DNA of 64,000 nucleotides from Lachnospiraceae bacterium UBA3804 (GTDB lineage Bacteria; Bacillota; Clostridia; Lachnospirales; Lachnospiraceae): NCBI GenBank assembly GCA_002368665.1, contig DFEK01000009.1, positions 32,962 to 96,961 of the forward strand, read 5' to 3'. Shown piece by piece: positions 56,621 to 64,000 of this stretch (position 1 is its first letter; each line of letters starts with the position of its first letter). The notes under the pieces were generated by a model. It saw only the letters and a program-made list of their open reading frames with translations, ran no database searches and was not told where the DNA came from. The position numbers and the translations under genes were made by a program.

Positions 56621-56660
56621 GAAAAAGCAGGGATGCATTCGCATCTCTGCTTTTCTTTTT
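56616..56660. terminator. bidirectional rho-independent terminator just 3' of tRNA-Arg
   Basis: GCAGGGATGC/GCATCTCTGC 10-bp stem (G-U wobble in plus sense, A-C mismatch in minus sense), flanked by AAAAAGAAAAA and TTTTCTTTTT. Confidence 0.7.
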
Positions 56661-56663
56661 ATA

Positions 56664-56737
56664 CGTGCGCTAGAGGATTCGAACCCCCGACCTTTTGGTC
56701 CGTAGCCAAACGCTCTATCCAGCTGAGCTAAGCGCAC
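56664..56737 (-). tRNA. tRNA-Arg (anticodon ACG), no encoded CCA
   Basis: Cloverleaf folded by hand: acceptor GTGCGCT/AGCGCAC, D-arm GCTC-AGCTGGATA-GAGC, anticodon arm TTTGG-CTACGGA-CCAAA, T-arm GGGGG-TTCGAAT-CCTCT, discriminator G. Confidence 0.9.
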
Positions 56738-56766
56738 ACTCTGTTTCACGCTTACGCGCAAGTGAT

Positions 56767-56795
56767 ATTGTATCGCAACCCCGTCTTATTGTCAA
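56767..56795 (-). promoter_or_regulatory. sigma-A-type promoter for tRNA-Arg
   Basis: Minus strand TTGACA (56790-56795, overlapping the ABC ATPase stop), 17 nt, TACAAT (56767-56772), about 25 nt upstream of the mature 5' end. Confidence 0.65.
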
Positions 56796-57580
56796 GAAAA
56801 AGCTACCTGATCGACAAACAAAGATTTGCGAATCTCTTTTTTGTAACCTATGAAGTCTTCGGTCATTGTAAACGCTTGATTTCTGGGCTTTGGGTTCGTG
56901 ATTTCAATCTCCTTCGTAATCTTGCCCGGTGTACCTGTCAGTAAGTATACGCGATCGGAGATCAGAATGGCTTCATCAATATCATGCGTAATGAAAACCG
57001 TCGAAAGTTTCAGTTCCTCCGAAACTTCCAGAAACCACTCCTGCATGGATGATCTGGTAATCGTATCCAGTGCGGAAAACGGTTCATCCAAAAGTACCAC
57101 TTTGTTTCCGCACAGATAGGTTCGAAGAAGCGCTGCTCGCTGTTTCATTCCTCCTGACAACTGCGATGGATATTTCTTTTCGGTACCCTTTAGTCCGAAC
57201 TTTGCAAACAATGCCTCAGCCTTTTCCTCAGCTTCTTTCGTTTTTATGCCTTTTAACCGAAGAGGAAGGATTACATTGTTAAGAATCGTTTTATGAGGAA
57301 GTAGCAAATCCTTCTGAAGCATATAGCTGAGTTCCCCGGGAACACCTGTAATCTGCGTCCATTCTTCGGGCGCACCCTCTTCCGCACGGTTTATAAACAC
57401 GTTTCCGCCATCCGGAATGCTGATTCCCGACAGAATATTAAAAAGTGTCGTTTTGCCTACACCGCTTACTCCAAGCAGACTGACCAGTTCCCCCCTGTTT
57501 AGGGTGAAACTGATCTCGTCTAAAACCTGTTTGTCACTATACGATTTTGATATTTGCTCTGCGCGCAATATCCGATCCAT
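56792..57580 (-). CDS. ABC transporter ATP-binding protein (NitT/TauT class, ThiZ-like)
   Basis: Walker [10 protein letters not shown], signature LSGGMKQR, Walker [13 protein letters not shown]. Last gene of a TPP-riboswitch operon. Confidence 0.85.
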   Translation of the reverse strand: MDRILRAEQISKSYSDKQVLDEISFTLNRGELVSLLGVSGVGKTTLFNILSGISIPDGGNVFINRAEEGAPEEWTQITGVPGELSYMLQKDLLLPHKTILNNVILPLRLKGIKTKEAEEKAEALFAKFGLKGTEKKYPSQLSGGMKQRAALLRTYLCGNKVVLLDEPFSALDTITRSSMQEWFLEVSEELKLSTVFITHDIDEAILISDRVYLLTGTPGKITKEIEITNPKPRNQAFTMTEDFIGYKKEIRKSLFVDQVAFS

Positions 57581-57597
57581 CGTTACTCCATGTCTTC

Positions 57598-58596
57598 TTA
57601 TTCGGGAAGATAATCGTTGGTAAATCCGTATCCTGCGGGGATCTCCTCGCTTAAATCATTGTCGGAAAGCCATTTGAAGAATGCATCCCAACGAGTCTGA
57701 TCGATGTATCCCCAACGGTCTACATCTGCCTTATATTGCTCGGAAATCCACTCCTGGCTTTCCTTTACAAGTTCCGGATCAAGTTCGGGAACCTGCTTGC
57801 AAAGAATCTCGGCAGCTTCATCCGGATTGTTGATCGCATCTTCATATCCTCTTTTGGTTGCGTTAAGAAAGCCCTTGGCAGCCTTCGGATTCTCACTTAA
57901 GAAATTATTATTGGCAATGATAACAGGGCTGTAATAATCAAATTCGGGAGTAATATCTTTGAAATAGATCATATTGGTATCAAGTCCCGCCTGCTTGCAG
58001 GAGATACCGCCCCATGCATAATATACCCAGATGGCATCAATATCCTGCTGAAGTGCTGCAGGTTCGTTTTCCACATATTCGGGAATCAGATTTACCTTGG
58101 AGAAATCACCACCGTCGGCTTCCACGATATTCTGCATCATAGCCTTTTCAATAGGCAGATCCCAGGTCGCATAGTTCTTTCCTTCCAATCCCTTGGGGGA
58201 ATCAATACCGTCTTCTTTCAAAGAGATGATACCGGAAGTATTATGTTGGATCAATGCTGCTACTGCGGTCACCGGAATTTCCTCTTCGGAAGTAAACACG
58301 GGAGGAAGATAATCCTGGAAATCAATTCCGAACTGTGCCTGGCCGGAAGCTACCATCATGGTTGCTCCGTCTTCGGGCGGCTGAACAATGTTTACTTTTA
58401 ATCCTTCTTCTTCAAAATAGCCCTTTTCCAGTGCAACATAGAAACCGGTATGGTTCGTATTCGGTGTCCAGTCAAGAACCAGCGTGATTTCGACGATCGG
58501 ATCCTTTGCGGGAGACTCCGGCGTACAGGAGGCAAGAAGAGCCACCATCATTGCAGTCATAACTACTGCAGTCAGTCTTTTCAATAACTTTTTCAT
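57598..58596 (-). CDS. NMT1/THI5-like ABC substrate-binding lipoprotein (ThiY-like; pyrimidine/HMP precursor binding inferred)
   Basis: Lipobox LLASC and an NMT1/THI5-like sequence. Sits in the riboswitch operon context. Confidence 0.7.
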   Translation of the reverse strand: MKKLLKRLTAVVMTAMMVALLASCTPESPAKDPIVEITLVLDWTPNTNHTGFYVALEKGYFEEEGLKVNIVQPPEDGATMMVASGQAQFGIDFQDYLPPVFTSEEEIPVTAVAALIQHNTSGIISLKEDGIDSPKGLEGKNYATWDLPIEKAMMQNIVEADGGDFSKVNLIPEYVENEPAALQQDIDAIWVYYAWGGISCKQAGLDTNMIYFKDITPEFDYYSPVIIANNNFLSENPKAAKGFLNATKRGYEDAINNPDEAAEILCKQVPELDPELVKESQEWISEQYKADVDRWGYIDQTRWDAFFKWLSDNDLSEEIPAGYGFTNDYLPE

Positions 58597-58615
58597 TTTT
58601 TATACATCCTTTCCA

Positions 58616-59383
58616 TTATTTTTCTTTCTTGTATTCCCACGGCATTACAGCGTGCTGAAGTACTTTCACAAGTTCCATAAGAAGCAGACTTAAGGCAGAA
58701 ACAAGGAAAATGACCGCGAACATTTTATCATATGATAAAGATTTCTTAACACGTGTCATATAAACACCGAGTCCGATGAAACCTCCCAGCCACTCTGCGA
58801 TAACGGCTCCGACCACGGAATAGGAAACCGCAATGCGAAGGCCCGCAAAAAATGTTCCGAGTGCAGCGGGGAATTTGACTTCCCAGAAAATCTGCCACCT
58901 GTTTGCATTCATGGATTTCAGCAACTTCAGCATATCGGGATCGACAGACTGAAATCCTTCCAACAGTCCTACCGCCATGGGAAAAAACGAAACCAAAACA
59001 ACCAGAATGATCTTCGGTGTAATTCCGTAAGAAAACCAAAGTATCAACAGCGGTGCTATGGCTACCGGCGGAATTGTCTGTGTAAGTACCAGAATCGGAT
59101 TCAAGGCACTTTTGACAACCGGGAAGGCATCCATAATCGCAGCCGTGACAAATCCCAGCAGTACGCCGATAACGAGACCGAGAAGTGCCTCTAAAAGTGT
59201 AACGCCGGCATGATGCATAAGCAGCGGAAAATCGTTAACCAGTGCCTTTACCACATCCACCGGTGATGGCAGCATATAACCCGGCACCCAATGAAAGAAG
59301 CACACCATCTGCCAAATCAGTAAAAATGCCAGAATAGCAATAATCGGTATGAACTTTTCTTTCCATCCGCGGCTTTTTTTCAT
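58616..59383 (-). CDS. ABC transporter permease (ThiX-like)
   Basis: 255 aa with 6 TM segments and a BPD-type EAA-like loop. Confidence 0.8.
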   Translation of the reverse strand: MKKSRGWKEKFIPIIAILAFLLIWQMVCFFHWVPGYMLPSPVDVVKALVNDFPLLMHHAGVTLLEALLGLVIGVLLGFVTAAIMDAFPVVKSALNPILVLTQTIPPVAIAPLLILWFSYGITPKIILVVLVSFFPMAVGLLEGFQSVDPDMLKLLKSMNANRWQIFWEVKFPAALGTFFAGLRIAVSYSVVGAVIAEWLGGFIGLGVYMTRVKKSLSYDKMFAVIFLVSALSLLLMELVKVLQHAVMPWEYKKEK

Positions 59384-59724
59384 TAAACTGCCTTTTTCTT
59401 CATATCCTTTGCCAGATCATGTTTATGATGCTTGGCGGTTTTACGCTCAATCGTAAGTTTCTCACCCTGGGGCTTGTAAGTAATCTTTACATAGCTCATG
59501 ACGCTCGGTGCGCCTGCTTCGATTGCAATATACTGGCACTGCTTTACGATTTCCATCAGTTCCTCGTAATCGCCTTCCATTGCGGTCTCACAGGGTCCGA
59601 CATAGTATTCGACGCCGGTGCTTTTGATGTAATCGATAACCGCATCAACGACGCGTACGATTTCTTCGTCTTCCAAGACGGATGGAAGCACCTGAATGGC
59701 TACGTTTGCATTTAATTTTTCCAT
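59383..59724 (-). CDS. MTH1187/YkoF-family (DUF77) thiamine-binding protein
   Basis: GGAAGGAG SD precedes the ATG at 59722-59724 (MEKLNANVAIQVLPS...); the ORF track starts at 59757. The pattern V-x-P...G-x-x-Y-x-V-G-P-x-x-T-x-x-EGD is typical of the family. Confidence 0.75.
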   Translation of the reverse strand: MEKLNANVAIQVLPSVLEDEEIVRVVDAVIDYIKSTGVEYYVGPCETAMEGDYEELMEIVKQCQYIAIEAGAPSVMSYVKITYKPQGEKLTIERKTAKHHKHDLAKDMKKKAV

Positions 59725-59929
59725 GATTATTCTCCTTCCTTTCGCGATGCCACTCATAAACGCTTCGCGTTTATTTCGTGTCGCGCTGGCGCGCTATCGT
59801 CTGTCCGTACCCCGTGCTGCCCGGCGAGTAAACTCTCCGTCTGCACGGGGTACGAACAGACGGAATCGCTTGTAGTTACGCGCAAGAAGGCCTGTCTCAG
59901 ATCACGAGACAGGCCATAAAGACGTCCTA

Positions 59930-60040
59930 TTTAATCTCCCTACGCCGGCATTATCCGGATCAGGTTCTGGGCTCTTCCCAAAGGATTAACGGTGATTTCA
60001 ACCGTTTCTCAGCCTAATTTCTTAAGCACTCCCGTGACAA
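59930..60040 (-). promoter_or_regulatory. TPP (THI-box) riboswitch
   Basis: Minus-sense sequence CACGGGAGUGC...GGCUGAGA...ACCCUUUGGGAAGAGCCCAGAACCUGAUCCGGAUAAUGCCGGCGUAGGGAG contains the conserved CUGAGA and ACCUGAUCYGGAUAAUGCCRGCG cores. Confidence 0.9.
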
Positions 60041-60045
60041 AACAC

Positions 60046-60074
60046 ATTATAGAGCCCGCTTTACCGATTGTCAA
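60046..60074 (-). promoter_or_regulatory. consensus sigma-A promoter driving the TPP riboswitch operon
   Basis: Minus strand TTGACA (60069-60074), 17 nt, TATAAT (60046-60051). The riboswitch starts about 8 nt downstream. Confidence 0.75.
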
Positions 60075-60091
60075 CTTAAAAGATTTCGGAT

Positions 60092-61525
60092 TTACTCTTC
60101 CTCTTCAAATGTAAAGTCCACCGTGGTTTCCATGTTATAGTCCGCGGAATCGGGATTCGTAATCGCCTCATAGATTCCTTCCAACGAATCAAAACCGCGA
60201 TACCAGCCACCGTCAAAATTGTTCTGATTTCCAAAGAAAGAAAGCTGGTTGGAATTGATATTGACAGAGCCGGAATCGTCTACGATTACATCCGCATAGC
60301 GGATACCGGTGTATCCTTCAAATGCAGCTCCCTTCGTAGGCTGAATGGTAACCTTATAGAGGAAGTAAACCTTATTCATCTCTGTCCAGGAATTTGCATC
60401 CTTATTGTACATAACCACCATACCAAGCGGTTCGACTTCTTTCACAAGTTCTCTGTGACTGTTGAAATTCTTCTGATAATTTGCATATATCGCTTCATTT
60501 ACTTTTTCTACCACATCGGAAGGCACTTCCGAAAGACTTGATAAATACTTCGGAAGATTCTCAACCGTATAAGTTTTCTCGCTTGGCTCAACAATACATC
60601 CGTACTGTTCCAGAAGCCAGTCTTCCCCTTGGAAGCAGGAAGCCTTAACGGTTACGGTGTCCCCGTTATTCAGATGGAATTCGTCTCCGTTAGAGGTCTC
60701 ATACTTAAAGTCCATATATTTGATCAGTTCTTCCGAATCATCCGTTTTAAGGTTGATACTTCCGCGCGGAGCCGTACCCGAAAAAGTAAGATCAATGTAT
60801 TGGAACGGATCAAATAATTCCGCCTCTTTTAAATTGGTTACCTCATAATCGAAATCCGAATACTCCAGTTTGCAATTATATGTATCCTTTGCAATAAACT
60901 CATCACAATCCCATGTAAAAGAAACCGTATCTCCGTTGCTCAGTCCCGTATTCTTGCTTAAGGAATACTTAACGATATCATTACAGAACTCATCTACCGG
61001 ATCAAGGCTCTTATCACCCTTATACTTCTTGCGAATCTGCTCTCCGTATTCGGTTTCAAAAGCTCCGCGGTCAAAAACAACATCCGCTTTTCCGATGGTA
61101 TTGTATCCTTCCGATTTAACTTCAACATATGGATTTAAATCAATTTTGACCGGTCTTAACACAAAGAACCATATTGCGGCTACGGCAAGCAGAATAACTG
61201 CTGCTCCGCCGCAGGAAAGCCCGATGATCAATCCCACGGGAACTTTCTTCTTCGGTTTCGGCTGTGCGGGCTGCACAGGTTGTGCTCCGGGCATCGGCTG
61301 CATTCCGGGTGTCGGCTGTTCTGCCTGGTAGGGCTGCATATTGGGCGTATATCCGGGCTGCACGGGTTGCTGCGGTACATATCCTGCCTGCATCGGTTGC
61401 TGTACAGGTACTGCAGGCTGAACTTCCTGAACCGGCTGTGCAGGTGTTGCAACCATCTTGTTTCCGCATCCGGTACAGAACAGGCTGCCATCCGGTAATT
61501 CTTTACCACATTTCGTACAAAACAT
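60092..61525 (-). CDS. zinc-ribbon membrane protein (N-terminal CxxC-x-CxxC, Pro/Gln-rich linker, one TM, ~350-aa extracytoplasmic domain)
   Basis: MFCTKCGKELPDGSLFCTGCGNKM, then PVQ-rich low complexity, then TM VGLIIGLSCGGAAVILLAVAAIWFFVL. GGGAGG SD. Confidence 0.7.
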   Translation of the reverse strand: MFCTKCGKELPDGSLFCTGCGNKMVATPAQPVQEVQPAVPVQQPMQAGYVPQQPVQPGYTPNMQPYQAEQPTPGMQPMPGAQPVQPAQPKPKKKVPVGLIIGLSCGGAAVILLAVAAIWFFVLRPVKIDLNPYVEVKSEGYNTIGKADVVFDRGAFETEYGEQIRKKYKGDKSLDPVDEFCNDIVKYSLSKNTGLSNGDTVSFTWDCDEFIAKDTYNCKLEYSDFDYEVTNLKEAELFDPFQYIDLTFSGTAPRGSINLKTDDSEELIKYMDFKYETSNGDEFHLNNGDTVTVKASCFQGEDWLLEQYGCIVEPSEKTYTVENLPKYLSSLSEVPSDVVEKVNEAIYANYQKNFNSHRELVKEVEPLGMVVMYNKDANSWTEMNKVYFLYKVTIQPTKGAAFEGYTGIRYADVIVDDSGSVNINSNQLSFFGNQNNFDGGWYRGFDSLEGIYEAITNPDSADYNMETTVDFTFEEEE

Positions 61526-61608
61526 CTTGTGAATCCTCCCTTTTCTCGTTACAAAGCCTCCCTCTGAAACAAAGGGAGGCTTTAATTTGTTACGTATTGT
61601 TCCGCTTA

Positions 61609-62682
61609 TTACCTTCCGGGAATCTGTGCGCCGCAGGATCCGCAGAATTTACCGTCATCGGTAAGCGGCTTTCCGCAGGCAGGGCAGAATCCGAAGTTTG
61701 CTACCGGTGCGGGTGCGGGAGCTGCTGCAGGAGCGGGAGCAGGTGCTTCTGCCGGTGCAGGAGCGGGTGCGGGTGCTGCTGCAGGTGCAACAGGAGCTGC
61801 GGGAGCAACAGGTGCAGTGGGTGCAACAGGCTGCTGTACGGGCTGCTGCATCATGGGCTGTCCGGGATAAGGCTGTCCGGGCTGCTGATAATACTGCGGC
61901 TGAGGCTGCGGTTTCGGTTTGTTTCCACCGAAAAGAGCTTTGAATTTCGGTCTGAAATCGGATTCCAAATCAAATCCAAATGCATGGATCATTACACACA
62001 CAATGGTTCCGATTAACAATAGCAGGAATATCACATTAAATACCCAGCACGGAAGAACCTGGAATTTAACCGTTCCCCATCCGGAAAGTTCTTTGTTTAA
62101 TCTTGCTACAAATACTGCACATACAACTAAGAAAAGGAACCAAAGGAGGGTATCTACACCGGCCAGTGCAACGGAAAGAATGTTGCAAAGTTTTTCCTTA
62201 CGAATGAAGGAAACTCCGATAATTCCCAACGGAATTAAAAGGCTGAATACAAAGAGCGGAATTGCGCTTGCGCTGTATCCGTCGCCTCTGGAACCACCGA
62301 TTACGGTGAAGATTGTAACCGTCTTCTTAATCGATCCACAGGAGATTAAGAAGGAAGGAAGCATGGTGAAAATAAATACAATCAATGCAAGAACACGAAT
62401 GATATTCTTCATGCTGAAGATTTCAAAATGAAAAGCCGGTTTCTGCGGCTGGGGTGCCACATTCGGATTATATCCCATGTTCGGGTTATATCCCATATTG
62501 GGCTGAGGCTGCACGGGCTGCTGTGTAAATGCAGGCGCTCCCTGCTGAACAGGCTGCTGTGCAAATCCGGGCGCTTGCTGAACAGGCTGCTGTGCAAATC
62601 CGGGTGTCGGCTGTACAGGCTGCTGTACGGGCTGAACGGGCTGCTGCGGGTTCATGTTAGGATTCATGTTATTTCCATCCAT
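61609..62682 (-). CDS. Pro/Gln/Ala-rich polytopic membrane protein with a C-terminal zinc ribbon
   Basis: N-terminal QQPVQ repeats, about 5 TM segments, an AP-rich tract, and C-terminal FCPACGKPLTDDGKFCGSCGAQ. AAGGAG SD. Confidence 0.7.
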   Translation of the reverse strand: MDGNNMNPNMNPQQPVQPVQQPVQPTPGFAQQPVQQAPGFAQQPVQQGAPAFTQQPVQPQPNMGYNPNMGYNPNVAPQPQKPAFHFEIFSMKNIIRVLALIVFIFTMLPSFLISCGSIKKTVTIFTVIGGSRGDGYSASAIPLFVFSLLIPLGIIGVSFIRKEKLCNILSVALAGVDTLLWFLFLVVCAVFVARLNKELSGWGTVKFQVLPCWVFNVIFLLLLIGTIVCVMIHAFGFDLESDFRPKFKALFGGNKPKPQPQPQYYQQPGQPYPGQPMMQQPVQQPVAPTAPVAPAAPVAPAAAPAPAPAPAEAPAPAPAAAPAPAPVANFGFCPACGKPLTDDGKFCGSCGAQIPGR

Positions 62683-62765
62683 ATGTGTACTCTCCTTTTA
62701 CGCTTGATTTATGTTTTGTCAGTTCCGAAAAACCACAAAAAACTACATATAAATCATACAATAAA

Positions 62766-62794
62766 AGTGGGCTTTTCGCAAGGAAAAACCCACT
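62766..62794 (-). terminator. rho-independent terminator after the CapA-like gene
   Basis: AGTGGGCTTTT/AAAAACCCACT stem with one mismatch and a CGCAAGG loop. Only a weak U-tract (TTTAT) follows on the minus strand. Confidence 0.5.
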
Positions 62795-62799
62795 ATTTC

Positions 62800-64000
62800 T
62801 TACTGTTCGATATACAAATCTCCCCAGACTTTTCTGCACAGATCTTTACACATCTGAATAGTGAATTTCGGATCCTGTCTGTGGATGCTGTTATTCGACA
62901 TATCCTCTTCCGTGTAGTCCTTCAAAAACTTCACATATATGCTTCCGTATCCGCCTCTGACGTCCACATGTGCAACCGTCGGTTCAATGCCGTAACTGTC
63001 TATTACAACCTTACCTGTATCGTCTCTGGTCAGTTCCACTTTGGCCATTCCGCCGACAGCCTGTTCGCCGGTTCCCGGATTCGTCGATCTCGTACCGGTG
63101 ATAAAGTTTCCGAGAGAATAATATACAAGCATTTTATGTCCGGTACTTTCATTCTCATACCATTCGATCGGCTGAATAACGTGAGGATGTGCACCTATGA
63201 TTAAATCCACATCACGGTCAAGGAAGAATTTACACCACATCTTTTGGTTATCGGATGCATATGTCTGATACTCATTTCCCCAGTGAATCAGAACAACCAC
63301 AAAATCGGCAACTTCATGTGCTTTCTTGATATTTCTGTCCATCAGGCCTTCATCCATCAGGTTAACCGCATATGGCATACCTTCCGGGAGAGGCATTCCG
63401 TTTAAACCGTATGTGTAATTCAAAAGCGCAATCTTCATGCCGTCTTTTTCATACACATAGATTTCATCCTGCTGTTCGGCTGTTTCGTTGATACCGAGAA
63501 CTTTAATGTCCGGATACTGCTTCCATACTTCCATGGTATGTAAAAGACCCTGCTTCCACTTATCCATGGTATGGTTTGTTGCATGTAAAACCGTATTGAA
63601 TCCGGCATCGTGGATACCCGCCGCAAGTTCATCCGCCGTATTAAACATCGGATATCCGGAATAACCCATGTCGGCACCGCCCATCATGATTTCCTGGTTG
63701 ACAATGGATATATCCGCGGCCTGCACATCGCTTTTGACATTGGCAAAGATATGATCGTAATTCTTCTGATTACCCTCGGCATCGATAAATCCGCTCTTGG
63801 TAACATTCAGATGCATCAGCATATCGCCCACCATGATCAGTGAAATGTGAGGATCGACTTTGCCCCGCTGGGCATTTTCCAATGTCAGCCATTCTTCCGG
63901 AGTCGCGGCCGCAAGAACATTAGACGGCTTCGTATATTCTATGATGCTTCCTTCTCTCATGCCGAGATTTCTAAACGGAGAGCGAACCTTTCCTTTAGCA
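62800..64000 (-). CDS. CapA-family (PGA_cap metallophosphatase-like) protein, 5' end outside the window
   Basis: GDMLMH, GAHPH and similar motifs. The frame stays open upstream of the first Met (63960) to the window edge, so the N-terminus is probably missing. Confidence 0.7.
   Translation of the reverse strand, partial: AKGKVRSPFRNLGMREGSIIEYTKPSNVLAAATPEEWLTLENAQRGKVDPHISLIMVGDMLMHLNVTKSGFIDAEGNQKNYDHIFANVKSDVQAADISIVNQEIMMGGADMGYSGYPMFNTADELAAGIHDAGFNTVLHATNHTMDKWKQGLLHTMEVWKQYPDIKVLGINETAEQQDEIYVYEKDGMKIALLNYTYGLNGMPLPEGMPYAVNLMDEGLMDRNIKKAHEVADFVVVLIHWGNEYQTYASDNQKMWCKFFLDRDVDLIIGAHPHVIQPIEWYENESTGHKMLVYYSLGNFITGTRSTNPGTGEQAVGGMAKVELTRDDTGKVVIDSYGIEPTVAHVDVRGGYGSIYVKFLKDYTEEDMSNNSIHRQDPKFTIQMCKDLCRKVWGDLYIEQ

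Noticed and set aside
49800-56660. Calling the whole block a prophage, ICE or transposon
   Set aside because: I found no integrase, transposase, relaxase or phage structural genes and no terminal inverted repeats. Only the direct repeats and the composition shift support mobility, so it is reported as a decayed island instead.
56513-56761. 82-aa minus-strand ORF
   Set aside because: It reads straight through tRNA-Arg, its terminator and the GC-rich hairpins. It is an artefact of GC-rich structured DNA.
61264-62016. 250-aa plus-strand ORF rich in Cys/Arg/Ser
   Set aside because: It lies antisense to two GC-rich, repeat-containing minus-strand genes and spans their intergenic terminator. It has no SD and a low-complexity translation, which marks it as a shadow ORF.
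61150-62650. Possible CRISPR-like or satellite repeat signal from recurring CAGCAGCC/GGCTGCTG units
   Set aside because: The repeats are in-frame codon repeats (Pro/Gln/Ala) inside two ORFs. There is no repeat-spacer periodicity and there are no cas genes.

Overview
Chromosomal window from a Gram-positive anaerobe-type genome. Gene content looks Clostridia/Lachnospiraceae-like, but that is inference only. I count about 60 protein genes, one tRNA-Arg(ACG) and one TPP riboswitch. I saw no rRNA, CRISPR array, transposase or integrase. Left to right: a PadR-linked cluster of four lipolytic hydrolases; gpmI; envelope genes; a MATE pump; aroA; an AgrC-type kinase and LytTR regulator next to a CPBP protease; DegV; copA; a GT-C-like membrane protein with a second CPBP; feoA-feoA-feoB; AraC plus GH16/GH5 glucanases; an orphan STAS/RsbW-like pair; Rrf2; a membrane-anchored SbcC/SbcD-like (YhaN/YhaO-type) pair. 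Then comes a c-di-GMP block (GGDEF, a 1104-aa PBP-EAL-repeat protein, GGDEF), an internally duplicated 480-aa unknown, lipoproteins and two more hydrolases, followed by a LytTR/membrane-partner/ABC operon preceded by a textbook LytTR direct-repeat box. An AT-rich (by eye) accessory segment at about 52.5-56.4 kb abuts tRNA-Arg. It carries an AbrB-PIN TA pair, a frameshifted RHH gene, a NERD protein, and a translationally coupled DUF3990-like (PARP/ART-type H-Y motif) plus HTH pair. Next to the tRNA is a GC-rich, hairpin-dense ~215-bp element containing two extra copies of the tRNA 3' end. The window ends with a TPP-riboswitch-controlled ThiXYZ-like ABC operon, two Pro/Gln-rich zinc-ribbon membrane proteins and a partial CapA gene. 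Best candidates for something undescribed: the DUF3990-like/HTH module, its 93-bp gene-fragment duplicate 6.2 kb away, the tRNA-linked GC-rich structured element, and the cytoplasmic PBP-EAL-beta-helix-like protein. All coordinates and motifs were read by eye from the sequence and ORF track; no database search was possible.
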